A stretch of DNA of 51,924 nt, filler included, from Jimgerdemannia flammicorona (taxonomy: Eukaryota), in the NCBI GenBank assembly GCA_003990765.1. It is 2 parts of 2 records of this genome, joined end to end, with 100 filler letters (N's around TTAATTAATTAA, not from the genome) between each part and the next. Parts side by side here need not be neighbours in the genome. Positions count along the whole stretch, not along the records: positions 1 to 25,912 come from RBNJ01000776.1; positions 26,013 to 51,924 come from RBNJ01000777.1. One strand, 5' to 3'. The stretch's first letter is position 1; each line of letters starts with the position of its first letter. Both the position numbers and the translations under genes were made by a program. Positions 24,014-36,550 of this stretch are shown one piece after another. The notes under the pieces were generated by a model, which saw only the letters and a list, made by a program, of their open reading frames with translations, ran no database searches and was not told the origin of the DNA.

Positions 24014-25912
24014 CAGTCTGAAATCTTTGAATAAGGTTGTTGGGCTTTACAACTCGATATATGTTATACGTCATTATGTGGCGTCATCAGGTTTACGTCA
24101 TCAGTAATCGCAACGCGCAAAAGGCAATGCTGCTCTTTGTCAAAAACCAGACTCTTCAATTTCACAATTTGTGACTTGGTACAAAAAACGTCGTCTATCT
24201 CTGCACGGCGGCACTGACAGTTCAAACGCACCAGATATATGCAAGGGTCTTTGAACAGGCATTACGAGCGGCAAAAGCGCATAGTGCAAATTATATATAT
24301 TCTGCCTGTTACCAGTTGAAAGAAACGCATATATTCTACCAACTCCCCGTTACAATACATGCGCACCGGCTGTTGGCACGGACATCCAACTGAGAATCGA
24401 ATTGCATCTACCTGAACATTAAGCAATCACACCTATATTGTGCGGCTAAATGAGTAAAAAGATGGAAAAATAAAATAAAATAAAATAAAGAAAAGAGAAA
24501 CCTCATCACACCCTCCCCATCGCTCTCTCCTTGTCCCTCCCTATTTTCCTCTCCGACTCCGACTCCATTCGCCTTCTCCCCAATGACCTCTCTCATGTCC
24601 GGCGACGAACTCCCGGCATCCGGTGTTCCCTCCCCTTCTTCGTCATCGCCGGTAACCTCCAAATCTTGTATGTGCGGCAACTTGTGCTTCTCGGTACGGG
24701 CGTGGTGACTGTGACCCGTCCTGGCACCGCGCGGATCCCCAGGTCCCAAACGGCCGCGCTAGGCTCATCTCTTCTTCGTCGTCAGGGCGGTCGATTGTGA
24801 CACATCGGATAACAGTGTCGATATGCTTGGAGGTGGAGGCGGGATCGTCTAAAATAATTGTGAATGGTGTAATCATAGATGTCATCAGGATGTCAATGAG
24901 GGAAATATTCTATTTGGATGCCCATAATGATAAAGAGATCCTTACCGAATTGTAACTCAGATTTTGTAACAATCTTCTTATCCAGATTTTTTAGGTACAA
25001 ATAATACAGATGGGTAGTACCCTCGAGATGCTTCGATCTACAATGCAAAGATGAACAAAGCACGTTAAACTCGAAATAAAACAAACATACTAATCCACGA
25101 GAACTCGCCCCCCATCTCCCCAAACAAAATAACGCAACGCTTACATCTTTCCCGCATCCCTCTGCACCACGGGCATGACCTGCGAGAAGGCCGAGATCTT
25201 GAACATGGCACTGGCGTTACAGTTGGTAGCCGGTGGCCTCGGACACAGAATATGTGATGCCGTCGAGATGCATATCCACGATGTGCTGCGAGGAGACGCG
25301 CGAGGAGACGCGCGAGGTCATCGCGTCAGCACCAGCGCCATCACCGGATTTGAGCGTGTGCGTGAGGAGCCAAGCGAGTTGCAATGTTGGGTTCGACCGA
25401 AGTGTGACATGTTGACTGTACAGAAAGTCACCTTGATCATTGAAAAAGGGTCAGATGCCAAGAATGTGAGAATGTAGAAATACGAACAACACCGAAATAT
25501 AGGCAAGAATGCGAGTTATCAGGCGAGAATACGAAATGTAAGACAAGAATCAAGAACGCAACAAACCTAGGTGCAACGGTGAGAGTTGTTAGTGGAACAC
25601 GTCTACCCATCACCGGTAACTTCCTATTTACAGTAGGACGCGTGACGCGTAATGCGTGACGCGTCAATAAACACACGAATGACGTTGTTTACGAATGACA
25701 ACATATCGGTTTCGGCCCTTACCAAAGGGCCTCATCAGTGGGCTAAGGCTGCCCAGACCGGCTGTTAGCAGGAAACAAATGCGGCGGTACTAGGGTGGGG
25801 TTTGTGTGCTCGGCCTACTCACATAATGTTGGGAAAGAAAATCTACTTCCGCCATGGACCGTTGATATCTTGCTGCCTGTCTCCCGTGCCACCCAGCGTT
25901 ATATATTTATAG

Positions 25913-26012
25913 NNNNNNNNNNNNNNNNNNNNNNNNNNNNNNNNNNNNNNNNNNNNTTAATTAATTAANNNNNNNNNNNNNNNNNNNNNNNNNNNNNNNN
26001 NNNNNNNNNNNN
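25913..26012. other. artificial assembly gap / contig linker (N44-TTAATTAATTAA-N44)
   Basis: Exactly 100 bp with a six-frame stop spacer in the middle. Adjacency across it is not guaranteed. Confidence 0.97.
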
Positions 26013-26040
<28 letters not shown>

Positions 26041-26043
<3 letters not shown>

Positions 26044-26198
26044 ACGTCAATCTGATCTTAAAATCAATAAGTGTAGAGGACATACTCTATATAAAATTAA
26101 TTTTGACTATAAGAAAACAGTCTTCCAGAATATCCAGAACTTCTAGAAAACTCTTTCAGAACTACGTAATAGTTACCCTAAAAAGCAACCCTCTTACA
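26041..26198 (+). repeat. LTR-end fragment, inverted copy of 1585-1734
   Basis: GAGACGTCAATCTGATCTTAAAATCAATAAG...CTCTTACA matches the reverse complement of 1585-1734, mostly with transition differences. It ends in CA. Confidence 0.8.
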
Positions 26199-26199
26199 T

Positions 26200-27875
26200 T
26201 AACTCTCTCACTATTACTTAGTCTTAACTTCTATCCAAGTAATAATTTCTCAAGTTTGAGACTTAACTTTTTCTGATAATTGTGAAAATTTACTTTTTAT
26301 TTTTATTTCTAATATTTTAAACTTGCTTAGTATTTTAGATAAAGCTTTTTTGAATAAATATAATTATCTTTATAAGTTCTCTTTTTCTATCTCTTGAGTT
26401 TTGTTTTTTTTATACTCTTTTGTTAATAATCTTTTTTACTCATATAATTCTGCTTGAAGTTTCTTAATCTTGGCTTCTTGAATAGTATTTTTCTCATATT
26501 TTTTTTTTAATAATTTTAACTTATCTCTAATTTTCTCTTTTAAAGATACCTTCTTTTTATTATTCTATTTCTTACTAATTTCAGTAAAAGAGATAAAGTG
26601 AGTTTTGATATCTACTTTCTATTTCTCAATAATTCTTATAATAATCTCATTGAGTTTATCTAATTTACTATTTTTGATTTTCTCTAATAATTTTTATAGT
26701 TCTCCTTCTAATCAATAAACTCTTTTATTTTCTATATTCTCTTCTGTTAATTTAGAATAATTTAATAAAAGGTTCTGAGTAGTTTTCTTAAAGCTTTTAT
26801 ACTTAATTTTAACTTTTACAGTTTATTCAGTAATATCTTTTACTATATCTTCTAAGGAAATATTATAGAGGTCATATTTATTTCTGAATTCTTATCTTCA
26901 ACCTTTTTCAAATAGTTCCTTTTTTATCTTATCCTCTGTAATAATTTCACAGTCATATTTAGTCTTAGTATATTTTTACATCTTTTTAGTTAGTCTTTTC
27001 TTGTCATTTCTTGAATATTCTATTATATATATTCTGTCACCTTCTACTTGCTTAGAAACCTTCTCTTGGTACTCAGATATTACTAGAATATTCTTGTCTT
27101 TCCTTGGTACCAAACATCTTATCTTAGCTAGTCATAGAATCTTTTAAAACATTATAGAACAGTATTAGTCAACTTTGTCAAAAATCTATTCTTTAGTATT
27201 TCTCTTTCTTTCCAGATCTTTCTTTTAAATCATGTATATATAAATATCCTTATTCTCTACTTAAATAAAGCTTAAAATATTTTCTCCTAGAAATCCTTTA
27301 AGAATACTTAAATCTTTAAGTATTTCTTTAAGCTACTTTAGGTCAACTAGAACTTTTAGATTTAGCTACTTTCTCTTAAAGAAACTAGAATCATTACATC
27401 CTCTTCTAATCATTTTTCAATAATTTTCTTACTTTTCTCTAAATCTAAACATTCCAGAGTAGAGAAAATATTTTTTTTAGTATTATTTATTATATTATAG
27501 TATTTAAATCAATTATTATAATATTGAATATATTGATAAAGTAAGCAAATATATTCTTATTGAGAACTTTCAATAGGATAATTCTCACAAAGCTTTGGTC
27601 AATATTCTTTATTATTAATTTGGGTGATTTTATCAACTACTACTAGATCAGAATTATGAGTAATATATTTATCCCTTAAATATTTGATTATCTTTTATTT
27701 AATTTCTTCATTATTTAACTGCTTAACTTGTAATAGTACTTTTAATTGTTTAATTTGGTTTAATAATTCTTTGTTTCTCTCTTGGAGTTCATTGATTATA
27801 TTTTTTATTATAAATTTATATTTATTTTTCTTTTATATACTTATATATTTCTTTTTATAAGATTATATTAAGTAT
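26200..27875 (-). mobile_element. heavily decayed, AT-rich retrotransposon gag-like relic
   Basis: K/E-rich broken minus-strand frame containing LFEKG*R*EFR (gag-like FxxGLxxE). Almost no CpG. Confidence 0.4.
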
Positions 27876-28343
27876 TATAATATAGCGGACGCTTACTCTT
27901 GAAAGTACATCAGATTTCTGTATCTTAAAAACCTGACTGTTCTGACTCTCGCAGAGTCTCTTGAAGTTACAGGGGAGGGTGGGTGAGTTCGAAGTATATC
28001 TGCCCACAGGCTTACTAGTTCCTTTGCTATCTCTTTGCTTTTGAACTATTTCGATCTGAGGTTTATTCACTTGAAGATACTAGGTTATTTATACAAGTTT
28101 GCTAGCTATAAGATGGTTACTAAGTTACATGGCTAAGTTATGAGTCATTTAACATTTTGTGAAATGTTTCGTCAGTTGCAAAATGCTATACTATATCAGG
28201 GAGCTCGATCTTGCACTTTGCGAAATATTTAGCAAGTTGCGAAATCGAGGACTGTTAACTATGTGGCTATACTACTTTGGGACTGGGTGTGATCAAGTAT
28301 CTATTCCTTATTTCCTTCTTCCGAATCTGGCTATACTGTCACA
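27876..28343 (-). repeat. 3' LTR (468 bp)
   Basis: Colinear with 34109-34576. Plus-strand TATAATATAGC (decayed TGTAACATAGC) ... TGTCACA, followed by the PPT complement ACTTCCTCCTG. Confidence 0.97.
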
Positions 28344-28344
28344 A

Positions 28345-28842
28345 CTTCCTCCTGAATAGATGATCTCATCCCTAAAGCATCTATTCAAACTCCCAAGCTT
28401 CAATGGTCTGTATGGTCTTGTATTGTGCAATTTGTTGTATCACTGTTTCCCAATAGTGTCGTCTAACTCGGTCGAAGTCTGAGGGAGTTACTCCTCACAG
28501 GTGGGCTAGTGCTGATTCATCCTCTCGGAATAGCTTATGGATTCTTTTGGCAATAGTGATCTGGAAATAGGAGAGCTGGCATTCTGCGATCCAGTTTTCT
28601 TTGGTCATTTCTGAGTCTTAGTTGAGTACTTGGCCGAGTTTGAAGTACTCTTGGAATTCATTCCGATGCTGATAGGCCTTGAAGTGTGAGATCCGAGAGA
28701 GATGAGTCTGCACAATGCTTTGGATACTGTCATAAGATTTCTCTATGGTCGGAGGCTTGATGGTGCACCATTGTCTCTCAATGGCTCTTTGGGCAGCACT
28801 AGTGATCTTGAGTGCCATTGCAGTACTTTTGTTACTGGCCAT
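28345..28842 (-). pseudogene. additional ORF3 between integrase and the 3' LTR (env position), function unknown
   Basis: The ATG at 28842 overlaps the pol stop (CATGGCCAGTAA). The frame continues MASNKSTAM...KRIHKLFREDESALAHL*GVTPSDFDRVRRHYWETVIQQ, and every stop is one C>T change from CAA/CAG/CGA. Confidence 0.6.
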
Positions 28843-31800
28843 GATATTTCTTGAGTCAGTTTCGATGAATGGTGGTAGGGATTATTGTGTCTGAGGGTTT
28901 TTGTAGCCAAAAGGTGGTTCCTTTTATATCTTGCACAAGGTAAGGTCCTTCCCACTTGGGCTCCAGTTTTCGTAATCATGAAGCTTCGACCATATTCCGA
29001 TACACCAGAACTTTGTCTCCTATCTTGATAATCTCCAAGGGTTTGTAGGTCTTTTCTGCATTCCTCCATTGTAGTGTCTGCGCCTTTGTTATGTAATCCT
29101 CAGCCTTCTTTCTGATTTGGTATAGTCTCCATATTTCCATGTCCACATGTTTCCATACAGCATCTCCATTGGATGAGAAGGTTCCCTGAGAACATTCTTC
29201 TCCGAACAGCATTTCTTGAGGGGTAAAGTGGGTGCTTTGTAATCGGATATCCCAGAGAGCAGATAATGCTATTGGTAGATAGTGATCCCAGTTCTCATAG
29301 TTATCGCAGATCTTGGCAATAATATTCTTGAGGGTTTTGTTGGTCCTTTCTACTTGTCCATTTCCTTGAGGGTGATATGCTGTGGTCCGAATATGCTGGA
29401 TCTTGTACTTCTTATAGAGAACTTCGAAGAACTGGTTCACAAATTCTGTTCCTCTGTCTGTAGTTACTTGTATTGGGGTCTTGAACCGGCAGATGATTTC
29501 TTTATAGAAGAAATCGGCGATTGACTGTGTATTGGCTTCCATAAGAGGTCCTGCTTCTATCCATTTTGTAAAGAGGTCTACAATGACAATGATGTATCGG
29601 TTGCCAGTCAAAGTCAAGGGTAGGGGGTCAATTACATCTATTGCAATGTGGGCGAATGGTACTGATTCTATGTGTGCTGATCCTGGGGCTTGATTTTGTT
29701 GATCTTATTTCTGTTTCTAGCATTTGTCGCAGGTCTTGACAAATTGTCTGATATCGTCCTCTATCCCTGGCCACCATATTGTTCTCCTTGTCTTGTCATA
29801 TGTATTCATTCCTCCTAGATGGCCAAGTTCATGTACTGATTTCATTGCTTACTCCTTCTTATATTCTAGTATAACTAGTAGTTTCCCTTTCTTCAGTATT
29901 TCTCCATCAGTTTCGAATTGTTTCCATGTTCTGTTGATAATCATTTGTGTCCATTCTTCCAGATGTTGGGGCATCTTTCGCTGTCTCAGATATGTGATAA
30001 TTCCATAGTAGAGCTCCTTATTCATAGTGATTTTGTAGGGGTGGGGTCCTTCGGGGTGTCCGTGAGAGGGCATCTGCATTGGCATTAGTTCTTCCAGAAT
30101 GATGTACGATGGTTACATCATAAGCTTGCAACTTCATTATCCATCTGACATAGATTCCTTTGGGTTGTCCAGTTGTCAGTAGCTAGGTGAGAGCTGAGTA
30201 GTCCGTTTGGATGGTGAAGTGTCTTCCAGCCAGATAGTAGTGGAACTTTTCTATGGCCCAGATAACTGCGAGGCATTCCAACTTGTAGAATTCATATTCT
30301 TTTTCAGCTCCTCGGGTTCCGCGGCTGAGGTATGCGATGACATACTCTACTTTATCTTTCTTTTGAGCTAGGACTACTCCTAGTTCTTGTGCACTTGCAT
30401 CAGTCTGTAGGATGAATTCTTGAGTCCAGTCAGGTCTTCTGAGGATGGGTGCCTGGGTCAGTCTAACCTTGAGTTCATCAAATGCTTTTTGTTGTTTGCC
30501 AGTCCACTGGAACTTGGTATCCTTCTTGTTGAGTTCATAGATTGGTCTCGCAATATTAGAGAATCCTCTAATAAATCTGCGATAATAGGAGGTGAGTCCC
30601 ATGAAGGCTTGGGCTTCTGTAACAGTGGTGGGTCTTGGGTATGCTGCCACTGCTTATATCTTGAGGGGGTCCATGTATGTTCCATCTCGGTTGATGATGT
30701 GGCCAAGGTAGGAGATCTTGATTTCTGTGAACTTGCACTTCTTGGGTTTGATGTAAAGGCCATATTGTCTTAGTCTCTCCATTATCTGCTATATGTGCTG
30801 CAGATGTTCCTCAGGTGTCTTGCTGTAGATGATTATATCATCAACATAGACCATCATCCATCTTCCCATGTCATAGCGGAAGATTTTATTCATCATTCGC
30901 TGGAAGCTTGCTGGTGCATTGCACATTCCGAATGGCATTCATAGGTAGACATAGGTTCCGTCTGGAGTGATGAAAGCTGACTTTTCACTTGCCATATCTG
31001 TGAGTCCGATTTGGTGGAATCCTGAGTATAAGTCCAAGGTGCTGTAGTATTGTGCTTCGTCTCCCAGTATTATGAGGATATCATTGATGAGAGGCAGTGA
31101 TTGGCAATCCTTCTTGGTAACCATGTTGAGTTTTCTGTAGTTGACACAGAGTCTTGGGGTGAATTCTCCAGGCTTGCTTCCTTTTTTTGGGGCCAGTATA
31201 ATAGGTGAGGACTAGGGACTGCTAGCTTCTTTAATAATGCTGGCTTCTTCTATCTGCTTGATTTCCTCTCTAAGCCATTCTTGGTAGGCTGGCGGGACAG
31301 GTCTTGCCTTCTGATAAATTGGTTCAGTGTCTCCAGTATCTACTTCATGATAGTAGTGTGGGGTCTTTCCTTTGATATCCTTGAAATCTGTGGCAAGGAC
31401 ATCCTCAAATTTGTGGAGTATTTTCTTGAGTTCCTCCTTAAGTGGGAATTCATCTCCAATGGTATAACTGTGTTTGCTCATATTTTCCTCCTTCTTGTGC
31501 TCGAGTTCAGTGATCTTGGTGCTGGCGAATACTCCTCTTCCTGTGGATCTGAATCCTTTCTTTCCTCTTTTTGTTTCCTCCAGATTCTTGACTTCTATGA
31601 TCTTTGGTTGTAGGATTGGAAAGATCAACATTTGCGCCAATCGGTCCTTCTTCTTGACTGGAAATGGGATTGTAGGATTGTGATTCCTAGCAATGAGTAG
31701 AATTTCTCCGGTATAGTCTAAATCAATGACTCCTCCTTCAATTGTAATTTCACTTCTAGCCAGGCTGCTTCTTGTCTTGAGAATCCCGATATAGTCCTTT

Positions 31801-34030
31801 GGGATGGTCATCTCCAGTCCAGTTGCAAGTAGAGTAGTTGTCTGGGGTTTCAGTACAGTCTCTTCTACTATGGCAATGTCCATTCTGGCTGCATTTTCCG
31901 ACTTGTATTCTGGCAAGACTGCATCAGAGTGGATCTTTCGAATCTTGACCTTGATTTCTTCTTCATCATCACTGTCCTCCAGGAGAGCTGGTGGTTCATC
32001 ATCTTCCTCCTTCTCTTCTTCCCTGGTCTGTTTTTCAAGAGCTTTCTGCCTTCTTTCCTGATGAATCTTCCTGATTCCGATAGTACACTGATAGCAATCA
32101 TTGATGTGCTCCATGTAGTACATCTTGATTCCATGAGGACAGACTCCTTGTGGTGCATAGCCTTCTGCCATCTTCTTGCACCATTCTTCTTTGCTCATCC
32201 ATCTGACTTTCTTCTTTTTGGAGTAGTCACCATATAAGCTTCCTCTAGCTCGCTCTCTTCTTCCTCCATATCAGGCAGAACTCCTTTGTTGATATTGATG
32301 GGAATTCGTATCTTCTGTCCCCGGTAGGTGATCTGCATCTTCTGGGCATTGAGGTCAATTACTGCCTTGGCTTTGTGAAGCCATTGGTTGCCAATGAGGA
32401 TATTATAGTTGGTGGCGTTGGTTACGATTATATCTACTGGGATGGTTGCTCCTCCAATCTTGATGGGAATGTCTCAGATCTTTCCCAGAGGTGTGGCTCT
32501 TGTGCCATTGGCTATGATGAACACCAGTTTTGTTGCTTCTTCTACATCCCAACCTAGGCAGTCTGCTGCCTTCTTGCTGAGGAGGCATCCTCCTGCTCCC
32601 ATATCAATGATGGCCTCAAAGATTCTATCTTCGATTTGGTATGTGGCATAAGCAGAGGTTTTGCAGTTATCCTCACTTTCTTCTCCTAAGTCCTCTTGAG
32701 CATTATTGGCCTCAGTTATCTTCCATCCCTGTTCCTTAGTTGTTTCAGTAAGTCCAAACCTCATTTGCTGTCTGAATGTTGGGATTTCTGCAAGCTGACC
32801 AAAGGTTGCATTGACCTTTTGTTGGCTGAGGTCCTTGAAGATACGTATCATACTTGAAGGTCTTGGTCTTGCGAAGCTTCTTCTCTTTTTCTCCTTCACT
32901 GGCTGGAGTGGTTTCTTGGATGATATCTTGAACTGCTTGCTCTAGCTCTGTATCTTGGTCCATCTCTTCAGCTTGGCTTTCTGTGGCAGTTTCCATCTGC
33001 TTTTCCACTGGGTTCTTCTTGGGTCTTCCTGGTGATCTCTTGTAGGGTTCTTTGCAAGTATCCTTCTTGGTGGTCTGAGCAAGATAGGCCTCCCATTCTT
33101 CTTCATCAGAATTTCCAATCTCCTTGAAGGTAATTGTATTGGCCTGCTTCTTGTTTTATGTGGCATTGCTTGGTTGAGCCTTGCACTTAGTTTTGCTCAT
33201 GCATTCATAGGAGTAGTGGCCTTCTTCTCTACAAGTATAGCAGGTACCTTTCTTCTTGTCTGAGGTGGCAGCAAACTTCTGGACAGGGCAGCAGTCTCTT
33301 CCTCGAATTTCCTTTACTACATCTCCCAGGTGGGCGGTCATTTCGGCAAACTTTTTGGCAAGTTCTTCTATAGGGTCACTGTTCTTTTGCTGCTCTGTAG
33401 CTTTTGGCTGAGGTGTGTTTTGATTGATCATTATGGTAGGGATCACACTGGTTGCCTTGAGTGTCTCGATTCTGACTCCTGTGATCCTTTCTATTGTATG
33501 GTCTTGTGGATGTCTGGTTATCCAGTATCGCTGAGCATAGGTGACCTTCTATGGCAGATCCAGAATCACTGGTGATGAGTGGATAGCCATGGCTATTTCT
33601 GGATGAACTCCTTTCATGAAGGTTGCTTTGGCTACCTGATCTCGGATAGCAGTAGTATAGTCGGCAAGGATTATCTGATATCGAATTCTGGTATAGAATG
33701 TGTTTGGATCCTCGCTCATTCCTTGGTATGTTATATTGAGCTGATCCTTCAGAGCTTGCTTGATCTCATCTGTGTAATATGTGTTTCGGAGCCAGGTCTT
33801 CTGTGCTGTCAGTATAATTTCCTGTATAGGTTGCGGCTGTGAATGCTGCTCTGGCAGGGCCTCATAGGCTGAAGGGCATGAGGGCTACTTGCTATGCTGC
33901 TATCAGGGTCCTTACAGTAGTATACTGCTCGAAATTGTTAATGAAGGTGATAATCGATTTATCTGAGGTATGTATATCCATGGAATACTGGTGGTCTCAT
34001 ATCCATCTTGTCTGGATATTGGGGCTTGGT
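28832..34030 (-). pseudogene. gag-pol polyprotein (zinc knuckle, protease, dUTPase, RT, RNase H, integrase)
   Basis: CYTCREEGHYSYEC; AIIDMGAG (decayed DTG); YSTLDLYSGFHQI and YVDDII; FILQTDAS...KLECLAVIWA; HHCC, VDLFTKW, TDRGTEF, NGQVERTN and KWEGPY. Multiple premature stops. Confidence 0.95.
31539..31955 (-). CDS. trimeric dUTPase domain within pol, between protease and RT
   Basis: All five motifs are recognisable: AARMDI, KTRSSLA, GVIDLDYTGEI, KDRLAQ and RGKKGFRSTG. The Gly>Arg changes fit G>A mutation. Confidence 0.95.
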
Positions 34031-34108
34031 TTAGGTAGTGGCAGTTGTTCATTGTTCAGCTTGAAAGTGAGGGATTCATCTTGAATTACCAGCCAATGGG
34101 CACTAAGT

Positions 34109-34576
34109 TGTAACATAGCAGACGCTTACTCTTGAAAGTACGTCGGATTTCTGTATCTTGAAAACTTGACTGTTCTGACTCTCGTAGAGTCTCTTGAAGT
34201 TGCAGGGGAGAGTGGGTGAGTTCGAAGTGTATCTGCCCACAGGCTTACTAGTTCCTTTGCTATCTCTTTGCTTTTGAACTATTTCGATCTGAGGTTTATT
34301 CACTTGAAGATACTAGGTTATTTATACAAGTTTGCTAGCTATAAGATGGTTACTAAGTTATGTGGCTAAGTTATGAGTCATTTAACATTTTGTGAAATGT
34401 TTTGTCAGTTGTGAAATACTATACTATATCGGGGAGCTCGATCTTGCACTTTGCGAAATATTTAGCAAGTTGCGAAATCGAGAACTGTTAACTATGTGGC
34501 TATACTACTTTGGGACTGGGTATAATTAAATGTCTATTCTCTATTTTCTTCTTCTGAATCTAGCTATACCGTCATA
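34109..34576 (-). repeat. 5' LTR (468 bp)
   Basis: TGTAACATAGC ... CGTCATA, colinear with 27876-28343. Confidence 0.97.
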
Positions 34577-34579
34577 GTA

Positions 34580-34750
34580 TATTCCTTATTCTATAATGCA
34601 GTCAAATTTGGTTATAAAAAAAAACTACTATAAAAATATTATAAAAATCAAAAGAACATCAAAAAATATTATAATTTTATAATAAATATCAAAAATTTAA
34701 AAAATTTTTGCAGCTAAATTTGGCTGCATTGTATTACAGAATAAGGAATA
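34580..34750. mobile_element. MITE-like foldback element (~170 bp)
   Basis: TATTCCTTATTCTATAATGCAGTCAAATTTGG ... CTAAATTTGGCTGCATTGTATTACAGAATAAGGAATA are imperfect inverted repeats around an A-rich core. Confidence 0.7.
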
Positions 34751-35700
34751 GATTATTTTAGTCAAAATAAAAAACAATGGTTATTTTTCTTTAAGGTAGT
34801 TCTGAATGAAAGAAATATATCAGATTTTTATATTTTACTGATAATAATCTAGTTATAGTATAAAAATAAAAAAATGTTCTCTGAAAAAATTATATTCTAT
34901 CTAATTATGATATATTAAAGTCCTATCAGTATTAGTGAAGACTTTAAAAGAAGTATGAAAATAGAGAATATTAGGTTATACTTTCAGTTTACCTCTAATC
35001 AAATTATATGGTAAATATTGAATAATTAAAAAATTATGAGCAAAGCAGTAGTAAAAATAATCACTTTGTCTGGTTTTATTGCAGCATACTCCATATATCT
35101 TAACAAATACTTCTCTGAGAATCTTGGAAGAACAACCACAATTACAATCTACTTTCAAGAACTCATTTGCTTTTTTGTATTCAGACATCATAACCATAAT
35201 ATATTTTATACACAGTTTGTCTGGGTTTGTTAAATTTTTTCTACATAGTGTATTAAAGAATACATAACCCATATACAGCCTTTTTTATCCTCAGTTCTTA
35301 GTAATCCTCACCCAGAAGTATCTTCGTAATAAGAGATAATTATACTTCTATTAGAACTGACATAATTGTTGATAAATTTTGTAGATAGTTATCTCTTTAT
35401 CTAAATATTCTTATATTAGTTATTTTGAAACCTTATTCTTCTTTCAAAATACTCCTGATGGTACTTTAATTTTTCGGTTCCATAGTGGATTTGATGTAAA
35501 TTAATTTCATATGGTTATTTTAATATACATAGGGATAATCCTATGTATTCATTCATTTGGCAGGAAATGATACTCACAGTCTCATTGCTCGTTGCTTTTC
35601 TCAAATATGCCCATAGGGTAGCCGCCACGCTTAGCAACAAAACCTGACAAAGCCGAACGACCAATCTCTCTATTGTCTGGCTCTCAGCCTTCCAGCCATG

Positions 35701-36509
35701 CTATTTGACCCTCTTCCTGACTGGAGTGTTGATGACATTGCCAAAACAGCCCCCAATCTCTCTGTTCTCTGGTGCCTCATCCTCCTCGCCATCTTCAGTC
35801 TGCCGTTTCCGATGCGCCCTAGAGTGTGAAAGTGCGATGTCGTTGGTGCGGTCGCAGATTAACTTGAGAGTTTGCTAGGAGAGATGGAAAAAGGTGAGTA
35901 ACCAAATGTCGTGCCATTGGATATTAAAGAGAAAACTAACGAAATTCAACATCAGCACGTAAAAGGCTTCAAGAGTGGCAAGCATCCTGACCGTGGCTGG
36001 CAACTTTGTTGTCGCAAGCAGGCCGAATCGACAGAGGTTCGTGGCCCGACAGTCCATCCCGAACGTATAGTCCAGCCTTATACAAGAAAAAAGAAGAATA
36101 GGTATTCTTTCATTTTTTAAAAAAAGGGAACCAAAAATGTATTAACGACTGTTTTCTACGTACCCCATGATTGGACCCCGAGCACAAAGGTCCGATGCAG
36201 TTCATCGTATGGTGCGTTAGTATTCGAAGTGAAAAAGCCGTGCAAAATATCGCGCATAGTGACAGCCAGGTCGACGTGATCTTCAAAGACCTTTTTCCGA
36301 TGTGCCTCTGGAAGACCGCCTGATCTGAGACCAACAATTGCCTCGAGCTTGTCATTGCTGTGCTTGAGCGAGCCGCGAAAGTCACATTTCTGACCGACCC
36401 GTGCACAGAGAACGACGGAGCGACCTTGGTTACGACGAGCTGCAGATGCCCAGCAACAGATTTCTCCACTAAAAAAGAGGAAAAAAGTATTTCAGTGTCG
36501 GTAATCATA

Positions 36510-36550
<41 letters not shown>

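Larger units (their letters stand above)
27876..34576 (-). mobile_element. full-length Ty3/Gypsy LTR retrotransposon (6701 bp) with dUTPase, inactivated by point mutation
   Basis: Two 468-bp LTRs, a 4-bp target duplication GTAT (27872-27875 and 34577-34580) and a PPT next to the 3' LTR. Domain order is gag-PR-dUTPase-RT-RNaseH-IN. Confidence 0.97.

Noticed and set aside
24408..25506. GC-rich patches with several overlapping ORFs
   Set aside because: No recognisable domain or consistent exon chain; possibly gene fragments.
25957..25968. TTAATTAATTAA palindrome within Ns
   Set aside because: Artificial six-frame-stop linker in a 100-bp gap; not biological.
27855..28070. Duplicated short ORF MNKPQIEIVQ... 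(also 34103-34303)
   Set aside because: Lies inside the two LTRs, so the duplication is explained by the LTRs, and there is no coding evidence.
34091..34108. Possible primer-binding site (minus strand TAGTGCCCA, perhaps a decayed TGGCGCCCA, tRNA-Lys-like)
   Set aside because: Requires assuming two mutations, and the match is too short to assign.
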